Positions 1 through 8,430 of a stretch of 46,346 nt of DNA are shown here, in pieces. The first letter of the stretch is position 1. The number at the start of each line of letters is the position of its first letter. The notes under the pieces were generated by a model. It saw nothing but the letters and a program-made list of their open reading frames with translations, did no database searches and had not been told where the DNA came from. The position numbers and the translations under genes are program-made. The stretch is taken from the NCBI GenBank assembly GCA_945872305.1, contig CAMCAC010000003.1, positions 1 to 46,346 on the forward strand. The letters run 5' to 3'. Source of the DNA: Candidatus Kuenenia stuttgartensis (GTDB taxonomy: Bacteria; Planctomycetota; UBA11346).

Positions 1-314
1 TCCTTGCCTCGGGCCCGGGTCTCGGCGCCAAGCACCGTGCCGGCCGCCACCGCCAGGGCCGGATCCCAGGTCGCCGCCAGGGTAATGCCGTTCGGGAGAT
101 AGGTGGTGGCGTCGTCGGCCCCGGGCAGGGGCTGGAAGGTCCCCGGGACCACCTCCTGGCGCACGCCGTGGGGACCGTCGGACATCACCAGGGGCGGGAT
201 CCCCAGCCGGGGCACAGCACCGTTGCGGAAGGTGTCCGCCGCATGGACCATCCCCAGCTTTTCATCAGTGGTCAGAGCGGCGAGAAGCTGGTCGATGCGG
301 GGATCGTCGGTCAT
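1..314 (-). CDS. Glycoside hydrolase family 3 (beta-glucosidase-like), N-terminal part; runs off the left edge
   Basis: Not in the ORF track. Manual translation from ATG 314 gives MTDDPRIDQLLAALTTDEKLGMV...VPRLGIPPLVMSDGPHGVR...TYLPNGITLAATWD, a typical GH3 N-terminus. The start overlaps the marC-like stop (ATGA). Confidence 0.9.
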   Translation of the reverse strand, partial: MTDDPRIDQLLAALTTDEKLGMVHAADTFRNGAVPRLGIPPLVMSDGPHGVRQEVVPGTFQPLPGADDATTYLPNGITLAATWDPALAVAAGTVLGAETRARGK

Positions 315-952
315 GGGGTTCCCAGGTGGAGGAGCGAGCGCACGCCTTCGAGCATCATCTCCACCGCCAGGGCGCCAAGCATCAGGCCCATCAGGCGCGA
401 GCCGATACCGATGGCGATGGGGCCGATGCGGTCATGCAGGGCCACCGCAAGGCGGAGGGTGATCCAGGTGGCGACGGCGGCGAGGACGATGGGCCCGAGC
501 AGGGACCAGCCGGGCAGGTCCCGGGCCTGGAGGTCCGCGTGCATGACCATGACGGTCAGGATCGAGCCGGGCCCGGCGAGGACCGGGATGCCCAGGGGCG
601 TGATGCCCACATCCGGCTTGGCGACGCCGGCGGCGGTCTCGGCTTCGCTGGTGGTCGTGCGGCTCGGACGGGCGCCCATCATCTCGGCGGCGATCAGGAG
701 CAGGAGCAGGCCGCCGAAGACCCGCAGGCCGTCGAGGCTGACCCCGAACAGGCCGAGTAGCGCCTGGCCGGCATAGGCGGCGGTGGCGAGCACGCAGGCC
801 ACGGTCACCGCCGCAGTGCGGGCGGTGCGCTGGCGACGGACCGCATCGTCATGGGCGGTCATGGTCACGAACAGGGCCGCCGCGGCGACCGGGTTCAGGA
901 TCAGGACCAGGGTGGTCAGACCCTTGGCGAGGACGATCAGGTGCTCGTCCAT
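311..952 (-). CDS. MarC family inner membrane protein
   Basis: C-terminal part of ORF 311..1990 from MDEHLIV. Motifs ILNP, GITPLGIPVLAGPGSI and SRLMGLML; about 6 TM segments. ATG 952 overlaps the uvrD stop. Confidence 0.9.
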   Translation of the reverse strand: MDEHLIVLAKGLTTLVLILNPVAAAALFVTMTAHDDAVRRQRTARTAAVTVACVLATAAYAGQALLGLFGVSLDGLRVFGGLLLLLIAAEMMGARPSRTTTSEAETAAGVAKPDVGITPLGIPVLAGPGSILTVMVMHADLQARDLPGWSLLGPIVLAAVATWITLRLAVALHDRIGPIAIGIGSRLMGLMLGALAVEMMLEGVRSLLHLGTP

Positions 953-3264
953 CAGCCGCGGCTCAGCTTCCCGGCCGCCATGGCCAGGACCATCTCCCGC
1001 CGGCCGGCGCTGGTGAAGTCGATGACCACGGTGCGGTCGCCGGCGGGACCCTTCATGGCCACAACGGTGCCACGACCGTAGATGGCGTGGATGATCGCAT
1101 CGCCGGGGCGCCAGGGATCGTCGTCGAGGACCTGGGCGGCATCGGCGGCGCGCGCGATGGCGGCGTTGCGGCGCTTGGTCGCGGCGCCCTTGGCGGCGGC
1201 GCTCTCGTGGGCCAGCCCTTCGTCGTCGTCCGGGTCTTCGGCGGGCTCGCCGCCACGCCGCTTGAGGGCCGAGCCCTTGGTGAGCAGACCGCTCGCCAGC
1301 GCCTTGGCCATGGTGTAGCCGCCGGCGGGCTCGCTGCGGGCGGTGGTGCGGTCCTTGGATTCGAAGCAGTCCGCCGGCATCTCGCCCAGGAACCGGCTCG
1401 GTTCGTTGCGGAAGGTCTGGCCGTACATGAACCGGCAGCGGGACCGGCTCAGGTAGAGTTCCTCCCGGGCGCGGGTGATGCCGACATACATCAGCCGGCG
1501 CTCCTCCTCCAGGTCGGCGCACTCGTTCTTGCGCATGAGCGGGAGGATGCCCTCCTCGCAGGCGGTGATGAACACCACCGGGAATTCCAGGCCCTTGGCG
1601 GCGTGCAGGGTCATCAGGGTGACCCGTTCGGCGCTGCCGTCGTCGCGCTTCTCGTCGGCGTTGAGCGCCGCCTGGTCGAGGAAGCCGCCCAGCCCCTCGC
1701 TCGGGAACGACTCCAGGTAGGACTCCGCCGCGGAGATGACCTCCTCGATGTTCTCGACCCGCTCCTGGGCCTTGGCCGGCTCCTCGGCCTTCAGGTAATG
1801 ATCCTTGATCCCGCTCATCTCGATCACGCCGCGCACACAGGCGGGCGGATTGCCGAGGGGCAGGGTGCGCAGCATCTTCCAGGTGCGGGCCAAGCCGCGC
1901 AGGGCGGTGGCGGCCCGGCCGACCGCGATGCGCTCCAACAGATCCTCGCGCAGCAGGGCGTCGATCGGGCCGACCCCCTCCTCGTCGCACAGCTCCATGA
2001 GCAGGTCCACGGTCTTGTCGCCCACGCCCCGGGCGGGGACGTTCACCACCCGCAGGAAGCTGGTCCGGTCCGCGGGATTGGCGAGGACCCGCAGGTACGC
2101 GAGGACATGGCGGACCTCCTCACGGTCGTAGAAGCGGGTGCCGCCGACGATGCGGTAGGCGATGCCGCGCCGGCGCAGGCCGTCTTCAAGGTAGCGGGAC
2201 TGGGCGTTGGTGCGGTAGAAGATGGCGATGTCCGCCGGGCGCCGGCCGCCCCGTTCGAGCATGCGCTCCACCGCCGCCGCCACCGCCCAGCTCTCGTCGG
2301 TCTCGTCGTCGACCGCCAGCACGGTGATCGGTTTGCCCTGCACATTGTCGGTGCGGATGGTCTTCTCCATCCGCTTCTGGTTGTTCTCGACCACCTTCTG
2401 GGCCGCGAGCAGGATGGTCTTGGTCGAGCGGTAGTTGGTCTCCAGCAGCACCTTGGTGCACGGCTGGAAGTCCTCCTCGAAGCGCAGGATGTTCTCGTAG
2501 TCGGCGCCGCGCCAGCCGTAGATCGCCTGGTCCGGGTCGCCGGTGGCGCACACGTTGCGGTGCTCGCCCAGGGCGCGGATCAGCCGGTACTGCACATGGT
2601 TGGTGTCCTGGTACTCGTCGACCAGGATGTGGCTGAAGCGGCCCTGCCAGCGGGCGCGCACTTCGGTGTCGTTCTCGAACAGGTGCAGGGGCATCGCCAG
2701 CAGGTCGTCGAAGTCGAGCAGGTGCTCCTCGCGCTGGATGCGCTGCCAGACCTTGTGGCAGGCCTGGGCGACGGTCTCCACATCGTTTGCCGGCTCCAGC
2801 TTGGCGATGTCCCGGACCTGGTTCTTCCACGCCGAGATGCAGTGCATGACCTGGCGGTGGTCGACCACCTTGGTGTCGATCTTCAGCTCGTCGTAGATGC
2901 GGTTGCGGTAGGTCCGCTCCAGGTCGTCGGCGTCCTGCACCGACGGCGCCTGGGTGAAGCCGAGCTTGGCCCACTCCTGGCGCACGATGCGCAGCCCGGC
3001 GGAGTGGAAGGTGGTGATCCACGGCGTCTCCAGCCCGATGAGCTTCCAGACGCGCTCCTTCATCTCGCCCGCCGCCTTGTTGGTAAAGGTGATGGCGAGG
3101 ATGCGGGTCGGATGCACCCCGTGCTGGACGAGGTTGGCGATGCGGTGGGTGATCACCCGGGTCTTGCCCGAGCCGGCGCCCGCCACGACCAGCAGCGGCC
3201 CATCCAGGTGGGCCACCGCCTGGCGCTGCTCGGGATTCATGCCGGCATAGACATCAACGGCCAT
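952..3264 (-). CDS. uvrD: UvrD/PcrA superfamily 1 DNA helicase
   Basis: Motifs AGAGSGKT, DEYQDTN, GDPDQAIYGWRGA, NYRST, TLHAAKGLEF, EERRLMYVGITRA, plus a C-terminal Tudor-like domain. The start is set at ATG 3264 because the ORF extension reads through a non-coding repeat. Confidence 0.95.
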   Translation of the reverse strand: MAVDVYAGMNPEQRQAVAHLDGPLLVVAGAGSGKTRVITHRIANLVQHGVHPTRILAITFTNKAAGEMKERVWKLIGLETPWITTFHSAGLRIVRQEWAKLGFTQAPSVQDADDLERTYRNRIYDELKIDTKVVDHRQVMHCISAWKNQVRDIAKLEPANDVETVAQACHKVWQRIQREEHLLDFDDLLAMPLHLFENDTEVRARWQGRFSHILVDEYQDTNHVQYRLIRALGEHRNVCATGDPDQAIYGWRGADYENILRFEEDFQPCTKVLLETNYRSTKTILLAAQKVVENNQKRMEKTIRTDNVQGKPITVLAVDDETDESWAVAAAVERMLERGGRRPADIAIFYRTNAQSRYLEDGLRRRGIAYRIVGGTRFYDREEVRHVLAYLRVLANPADRTSFLRVVNVPARGVGDKTVDLLMELCDEEGVGPIDALLREDLLERIAVGRAATALRGLARTWKMLRTLPLGNPPACVRGVIEMSGIKDHYLKAEEPAKAQERVENIEEVISAAESYLESFPSEGLGGFLDQAALNADEKRDDGSAERVTLMTLHAAKGLEFPVVFITACEEGILPLMRKNECADLEEERRLMYVGITRAREELYLSRSRCRFMYGQTFRNEPSRFLGEMPADCFESKDRTTARSEPAGGYTMAKALASGLLTKGSALKRRGGEPAEDPDDDEGLAHESAAAKGAATKRRNAAIARAADAAQVLDDDPWRPGDAIIHAIYGRGTVVAMKGPAGDRTVVIDFTSAGRREMVLAMAAGKLSRG

Positions 3265-3265
3265 T

Positions 3266-3401
3266 CGGGTTCCGGGTTTCGGGTTTCGGGTTTCGGGAGG
3301 GCTGCTGGTGAACTCAGGGGGATTTCGGAGGGATGGACTCCAGGGGCTCCAGACCCACGGATCCACCGGTCCCGAAACCCGGAACCCGGAACCCGGAACC
3401 C
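3266..3401. repeat. Inverted tandem-heptamer element, copy 1: (CGGGTTY)4-CGGGA / 71-nt core / TCCCG-(RAACCCG)3-GAACCC
   Basis: Read directly: left arm 3266-3298 and right arm 3370-3401 are near reverse complements. Confidence 0.9.
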
Positions 3402-3408
3402 ATGGGGA

Positions 3409-4287
3409 TCAGTCCTCGACCGACACCGGGATGGCGGCCCCTGACAGGGCCACATGGTCGATCAGGCGTACGCCGTCGACGAACACCGCGGCGGCGAGCA
3501 CACAGCGGTCGTTGGCGGTGTCCGCCTCCGCGAAGCCGTGGATGTCCACCACATCGCAGTAGTCCACCTCGACGCCGTCGTGGACCAGGAGCTGGTCATA
3601 GACGTTTTCGCACAGCTTGAGGCTGGTGTGCTCGCCGGCGGCAAAGGCCCGGCGGGCCAGTTCCAGCCCCCGGGGCAGGCCCAGGGCCTTGGCCCGGGAC
3701 TCCGCCGACAGCCGGCGGTTGCGCGAGGACATCGCCAGCCCGTCCGCGTCGCGGACGGTCGGGGCGACCACGATGTCGATGCCCAGGTCCAGGTCGCGGA
3801 CCATGCGCGAGATGATCAGCACCTGCTGGAGGTCCTTCTGCCCGAACACCGCCACGTCGGGACGGACGATCGAGAACAGCTTGTTCACCACCGTGGCCAC
3901 GCCGCGGAAATGGCCCGGGCGGGCCACCGCGCACAGCTTGTCGGTGAGCGGGCCGACCACCTCGACGAAGGTGCAGTAGCCGTCCGGGTACATCTCCTGG
4001 GCGGTGGGCAGGAACACCGCATCGACCCCGGCGGCGGCGAGCTGGCGGCAGTCGTCCTCCAGGGTGCGCGGGTACTTGGCCAGGTCCTCGGGATTGTCGA
4101 ACTGGGTCGGGTTGACGAAGATCGAGGCGACCACCGTGTCGGCCCCCGCGGCCCGGGCCTGGGCCACCAGGCTCAGATGGCCCTCATGCAGGGCGCCCAT
4201 GGTCGGCACGAAGCCGATCCGCCGGCCGTCCCGGGTCCGGGCGCGGCTCCAGGCCCGCTGCTCGGCGATGGTGGTGATGCGGTCCAT
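3409..4287 (-). CDS. panC: Pantoate--beta-alanine ligase
   Basis: Motifs GFVPTMGALHEGH, SIFVNPTQF, RPGHFRGV, FGQKD, GLAMSSRN, VRLID. Start ATG 4287 has a GAAGGA SD-like site. Confidence 0.96.
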   Translation of the reverse strand: MDRITTIAEQRAWSRARTRDGRRIGFVPTMGALHEGHLSLVAQARAAGADTVVASIFVNPTQFDNPEDLAKYPRTLEDDCRQLAAAGVDAVFLPTAQEMYPDGYCTFVEVVGPLTDKLCAVARPGHFRGVATVVNKLFSIVRPDVAVFGQKDLQQVLIISRMVRDLDLGIDIVVAPTVRDADGLAMSSRNRRLSAESRAKALGLPRGLELARRAFAAGEHTSLKLCENVYDQLLVHDGVEVDYCDVVDIHGFAEADTANDRCVLAAAVFVDGVRLIDHVALSGAAIPVSVED

Positions 4288-4347
4288 GCTGGTCCTTCCG
4301 GTCCGCCTTGATCGACCACCGGGGACGGGTATCTCCGGGGCATCCGC

Positions 4348-4857
4348 ATGGCATTCGTCACCATCCGCGTCAAGGGTTCCGAAGGCTACACCAGGGCACC
4401 CCTGGGCAAGGATCGCTGCATCGTGGGCAGGTCCTCGTCGGCGGAGGTCTCGATCCCCCATTCATCCGTGTCCCGGGAACACTGCGTGCTGGTGCTCGAC
4501 GGTGAGTCCTGGCGGGTCGACGACCTGGGCAGCGCCAACGGGACCTGGGTCGGCAAGGACCGGGTCCAGGGCTCCGCGCCCCTGGCAGAGCGGTCGATCA
4601 TCAAGTGCGGCAAGGCCAGGTTGACCTTCCATGTCGGCGAGATGCCGGCGGAAACGGTCCGGGAAGCGGACGACGACGGCCTGGACCTCGATCTGGGCGA
4701 CGGCCCCGACGATGCCGCCGCCGGCGAGGCCCGCCTGCCCGGCGATCCGCTGATGGCCACCCGCTGCGCCGGCTGCGGCATGTGGTTGTCCACCGCCCAC
4801 CGGGGTCCGGGTGAAACCTGGAACTGCCCCCGCTGCGGCCGACGCCAAGGGGATTGA
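4348..4857 (+). CDS. FHA-domain protein with an acidic linker and a C-terminal CxxC...CxxC zinc ribbon
   Basis: FHA motifs VGR, VSREH, DLGSANGTWV; C-terminal CAGC and CPRC. Confidence 0.88.
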   Translation: MAFVTIRVKGSEGYTRAPLGKDRCIVGRSSSAEVSIPHSSVSREHCVLVLDGESWRVDDLGSANGTWVGKDRVQGSAPLAERSIIKCGKARLTFHVGEMPAETVREADDDGLDLDLGDGPDDAAAGEARLPGDPLMATRCAGCGMWLSTAHRGPGETWNCPRCGRRQGD

Positions 4858-4860
4858 TCC

Positions 4861-6267
4861 ATGAGCGACACCGTCTCCGCCCCGGCCGCCGCCCCCGCGG
4901 CCCCGCCGCGCAAGCCCCGCTGGTTCCGGGCCTGGGCCTGGCTCCTCATCCTGCTCTTCCTGATCGGCTCGGCCCTGCTCGTGACGGTGCTCGCCGACGG
5001 GTGGCTGCGCTCGGCGGTGGTCAGCGCCGCCGCCCGGGCGGGACTCGAACTCGATCCGGCCAGCGACCTGTCCGTCTCCCTGCTCGATGCCCGGGTGCAC
5101 GGCACGGAGATCCGCTTCACCGCCCTCAACGATCCCGCCCGGGCCGAGGTCCTGCGCATCGCCGCGTTCGACGCGGACCTGGCGCTCCTCGACAGCCTGG
5201 GCGAGGGCTCCCTGGTGATCGAGTCCCTGGTCGCCACCGGCGTGCGCGGGGATCTGCGCAAGCGCGGCACCTGGCAGCCCCTGCCCGAGGCCGAGGAGCC
5301 GTCGGAGCCCGGGAAGCCCATCGACTGGGAACGCTACTACCGTCTGACGATGGAGCAGCTCAAACAGTGGTCCGAGCAGCGCGAAGCGGAGAAAAAGAAG
5401 CAGGAGGAAGAAGCCAAACTGCCCCCCGAGCAGCGTCCCAAGCCGCCTCCGGCCCAGGACCGCCCGGCGGAGGACTGGCCCAAGGCCCGCCGCTTCGATG
5501 CCCCGCCCGAGGTGAAGGCCCGTCAGTGGCCCCGGGTGGTGGTCCGCCATCTCGCCATCTCCGGCGAGGCGATCACCATCCCCCATGATTCGCCCCTGGC
5601 GATCACCGGATTCGCGGTGCATGGCGCCGCCCTGGCCATCCCCCTGCGCGGCGAAGAGGTCATGCGCCTCGACGGCGAGGTGCGGACGGCGCAGACCGCG
5701 CCGGCTGCCTTCACCCTGGTCCGCTCCGCCACCGGCGCCGGCAGCCTGGATCTGACCGTGCCCGGCTTCCCCCTGGAACTGCTCGCCGACCGCCGGCTGG
5801 GCGGCGACCGCTTCGCCCGCTACGGCGTCGGCGGCAGTGCGACGGCCGCGATCAGCCAGACCTGGCAGGGCTGGGAGATGCAGGGCCTGCTTTCGGCGAC
5901 CATCGCCGACCTGCGCATGCATCCGACCGGCGGCGACAAGGACCTCAAGCGCACCGCCGACATCGTCAATCGGATCAAGACGCCGATCGCCTGGCCGGTG
6001 CGCTATGCGGGCACGATGTACGCCCCGACCATCACCGACACCGGATTCCAGGCGGCCATGAGCGGCGCCCTTGGCGGCGCCGCCAAGGAACTGATCGCCG
6101 ACGAAGCCGGCAAGCAGGTCGACAAGCAGGTCGACAAGGGGCTCGACAAGCTGCTGGACAAGCACGGCGACAAGCTGGGTGGTGCCGGCAAGGGTGCCGC
6201 GGGCGGCGCCGCGGCGACCGCCGCCGCGGGGACCAAGGGCGTGCTCAACTCCATCCTCGGGCGCTGA
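4861..6267 (+). CDS. N-terminally anchored AsmA-like / TIGR03545-like protein
   Basis: One N-terminal TM, beta-rich body and low-complexity C-tail; lies directly upstream of a TIGR03546-like gene, the usual pairing. Confidence 0.6.
   Translation: MSDTVSAPAAAPAAPPRKPRWFRAWAWLLILLFLIGSALLVTVLADGWLRSAVVSAAARAGLELDPASDLSVSLLDARVHGTEIRFTALNDPARAEVLRIAAFDADLALLDSLGEGSLVIESLVATGVRGDLRKRGTWQPLPEAEEPSEPGKPIDWERYYRLTMEQLKQWSEQREAEKKKQEEEAKLPPEQRPKPPPAQDRPAEDWPKARRFDAPPEVKARQWPRVVVRHLAISGEAITIPHDSPLAITGFAVHGAALAIPLRGEEVMRLDGEVRTAQTAPAAFTLVRSATGAGSLDLTVPGFPLELLADRRLGGDRFARYGVGGSATAAISQTWQGWEMQGLLSATIADLRMHPTGGDKDLKRTADIVNRIKTPIAWPVRYAGTMYAPTITDTGFQAAMSGALGGAAKELIADEAGKQVDKQVDKGLDKLLDKHGDKLGGAGKGAAGGAAATAAAGTKGVLNSILGR
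6106..6177 (+). repeat. Six degenerate 12-bp coding repeats (AGKQ VDKQ VDKG LDKL LDKH GDKL)
   Basis: gccggcaagcag gtcgacaagcag gtcgacaagggg ctcgacaagctg ctggacaagcac ggcgacaagctg. Confidence 0.7.
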
Positions 6268-6269
6268 CC

Positions 6270-6806
6270 ATGCTGCTCCTCCTCAAGCTCCTGCGTGGGA
6301 TCATCAAAGGCATCGCCAGCCAGGCGGCGCCATGGCAGATCGTGGTCGCCACGATCCTCGGGGTCGTCGCCGGGTTCGTCCCGGTCCTCTCGCCGAGCAT
6401 CGGACCGGGGCTGCTCGGGCTCGCGGCGTTCGTGATCGCCCTGCTGGTGAACTGCCACCTGGGCTCGTTCCTCGCCTGGTTCGGCGTGTGCACCGCCATG
6501 TCCAAGCTGATGCTTCTCGGCCCGGCCATCATGGTCGGGGACCAGCTCGTGCCGGTGGCCCAGTGGGCCGCCTACAACCCGCTGGCTGCGGCCTGCCACC
6601 TCAACCACACCGGGCACCTCGGCAACACGGTCATCGCCGTGCTGCTCGCGCCGCTGGCGGGCTGGATGATGTATCGGCTGACCGTCCGCTTCCGCGCCTG
6701 GCTGCTGGGCTGGCAGGAGCAGCGCCGACGCACCGCCGCCGCCGCCCAGGTGGTCACGACCCCCTGGCTGGTGCGCCTGGGCCTCTGGTTCTTCGGCCTG
6801 GACTGA
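6270..6806 (+). CDS. TIGR03546/DUF2062-like membrane protein
   Basis: N-terminus LLKLLRGII...APWQIVVATILG and the LNHTGHLG segment resemble this family; hydrophobic. Confidence 0.7.
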   Translation: MLLLLKLLRGIIKGIASQAAPWQIVVATILGVVAGFVPVLSPSIGPGLLGLAAFVIALLVNCHLGSFLAWFGVCTAMSKLMLLGPAIMVGDQLVPVAQWAAYNPLAAACHLNHTGHLGNTVIAVLLAPLAGWMMYRLTVRFRAWLLGWQEQRRRTAAAAQVVTTPWLVRLGLWFFGLD

Positions 6807-6813
6807 ACCCGGG

Positions 6814-7665
6814 TCAGTCGAATCCCGGCAGGCCCGGGTAGACCCGGGCGAGCAGATCGAGTGCCACCGGACCCGCGGGAAACAATGCCCGCAGATCAGC
6901 CACCCGGACCACCCGCCGCGGGTCGATGCACCACGCCACCACCGATGCGGCGAGGGCCGGATCGTCGATCCCGCCACGCAGCAGACGGTCGATCCGCTCC
7001 CGTCCGGCCTGGGCCCGGCGCTCGCCGTGGGCGCGGGGACCTGGATCCGGGCGGGTCGAGACCAGTTGGACCAGCCCGGTCCGCCACCAGTCCGGTGAGG
7101 GGCCCTGGAGATCCACCGTCAGGGCCACCAGGGCGGCGGCAGTGCGGGTGCGCACGCCATCACCGGCCACCCGGATCATGGGCAGGGCCGGACGCAGGAT
7201 CCTTCCCGGACCGGTCGGCAGGTCATCCACGGCCCGATCGTCCGCGACCACCACCACCGGACCAGCCCAGGGTGGACCGCCCAGGGCGCTGAGGATCCGC
7301 TGGGCATCGACCCAGCCGGCCCGGACCTCCGCGGCCGGACCCAGGACCACCACTCCCTCCGCCGCCGGCGGCAGGGCCAGGGCGGCGGCCCGGCGGGCCG
7401 CCCACAGGGCGAGAACCCCGTCGGTGGCGGGGTCCCGGGGCCAGCGGGCGATGGTCCAGGCCCGCGCGTCACCCGCTTCCAAGGCCCAGGACAGCCGTTC
7501 CGGCCGCGGCAGGGGTCCCGGGGCCGCCAGGGCGGAACGGGTGGCCGGCGCCAGGGCGCGCAACGGCAGCCAGCCGGGCAGCCAGCCGGGCAGGGTGCGC
7601 ACCGCCGAGGCCTGCACCTCGACGATGACCGGTTCGCGCCAGGCAAGGGCGAGGCTGGGATCCAT
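6814..7665 (-). CDS. Hypothetical protein
   Basis: C-terminal part of ORF 6814..8367 from MDPSLAL; fills the gap between flanking genes. Confidence 0.55.
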   Translation of the reverse strand: MDPSLALAWREPVIVEVQASAVRTLPGWLPGWLPLRALAPATRSALAAPGPLPRPERLSWALEAGDARAWTIARWPRDPATDGVLALWAARRAAALALPPAAEGVVVLGPAAEVRAGWVDAQRILSALGGPPWAGPVVVVADDRAVDDLPTGPGRILRPALPMIRVAGDGVRTRTAAALVALTVDLQGPSPDWWRTGLVQLVSTRPDPGPRAHGERRAQAGRERIDRLLRGGIDDPALAASVVAWCIDPRRVVRVADLRALFPAGPVALDLLARVYPGLPGFD

Positions 7666-7758
7666 CGGAGCCGGATGGTGCCCATCACGGCGGTGGGGGA
7701 ACGAGGAAGCGCCGGCGGGCACTGGCCCCGGCGGGGAGTGCCGCCACACTGGCAAGCG

Positions 7759-8430
7759 ATGTTCCGCCGGCGGACCGACCACGTCTTCAGCACCCTCCAG
7801 CAGGTGCAGCGCCGGATCTCGGAGCAGGGCGGCACCGTGCCCGTCGCGGCCCGCCCCCCCGCGCCGGCCAGCCGGCGGGAGAGCGAAGCCTTCACACCGG
7901 CCGGCCAGGCCGGACCGGGGCCTGGCCCCGCCCCGGTGCCGACGCTCCTGCCCACGGGATTCCCCGAGCCGCCCCGACCGGGGGTCGTCAGCCTGCCCCT
8001 GCCGCTGGTGGTGGTGCTCGCCCTGCTGGTGCTCGCCCTCTGCGCCCTGTGCTTCGTGCTCGGCCGCGTCACCGCCCCGGAAGCGGTGGCGTCGCCCGGC
8101 TTCGCCGACGGAGCCGCCGGCAACCGGGTGGTGGCCGATGCACCCCGGGCCGCGCAACACATCCTGGTCGTGCGACGGATCCAGCGCCCCACCGCAAGCG
8201 ATGTGGAGTCCCTGAAGTCCGACGAGCGGCGGATGAACGGTGCCATGACCCAATACGCCAATCGCGGCTGGCAGCCGTGGTTCCGGGTCGACCGCCGGGA
8301 CAGCGGCGCGATGGTGCTGGCCTACGGCTGGAACGGCAGCCGCTGGGGCGTGGACAAGGCCCGGCACGAGGATCTGTACCAGGCCCTGCTGAAGTCCTAC
8401 CCGTCCGCCGCCTGGGAACTCGCGCCCTGA
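7759..8430 (+). CDS. Hypothetical bitopic membrane protein (Pro-rich N-region, one TM, C-terminal exported domain)
   Basis: ORF 7675..8430. Start ATG 7759 follows a CACACT box. TM segment LPLVVVLALLVLALCALCFVLG. Confidence 0.75.
   Translation: MFRRRTDHVFSTLQQVQRRISEQGGTVPVAARPPAPASRRESEAFTPAGQAGPGPGPAPVPTLLPTGFPEPPRPGVVSLPLPLVVVLALLVLALCALCFVLGRVTAPEAVASPGFADGAAGNRVVADAPRAAQHILVVRRIQRPTASDVESLKSDERRMNGAMTQYANRGWQPWFRVDRRDSGAMVLAYGWNGSRWGVDKARHEDLYQALLKSYPSAAWELAP

Noticed and set aside
952-3264. UvrD as part of an anti-phage system (e.g. Gabija GajB)
   Set aside because: It has the full-length housekeeping PcrA/UvrD architecture with the Tudor-like tail, and there is no adjacent nuclease or ATPase partner.
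3266-3401. Heptamer elements as a CRISPR array, or as coding N-terminal extensions (PETRNP...)
   Set aside because: The units are 7 bp, tandem and inverted rather than 23-47 bp direct repeats with spacers, and no cas genes are present. The peptide repeats are translation artefacts.
6106-6177. 12-bp repeats as a contingency locus or DNA-level element
   Set aside because: They are degenerate, in frame, and explained by an amphipathic xDKx helical protein repeat.
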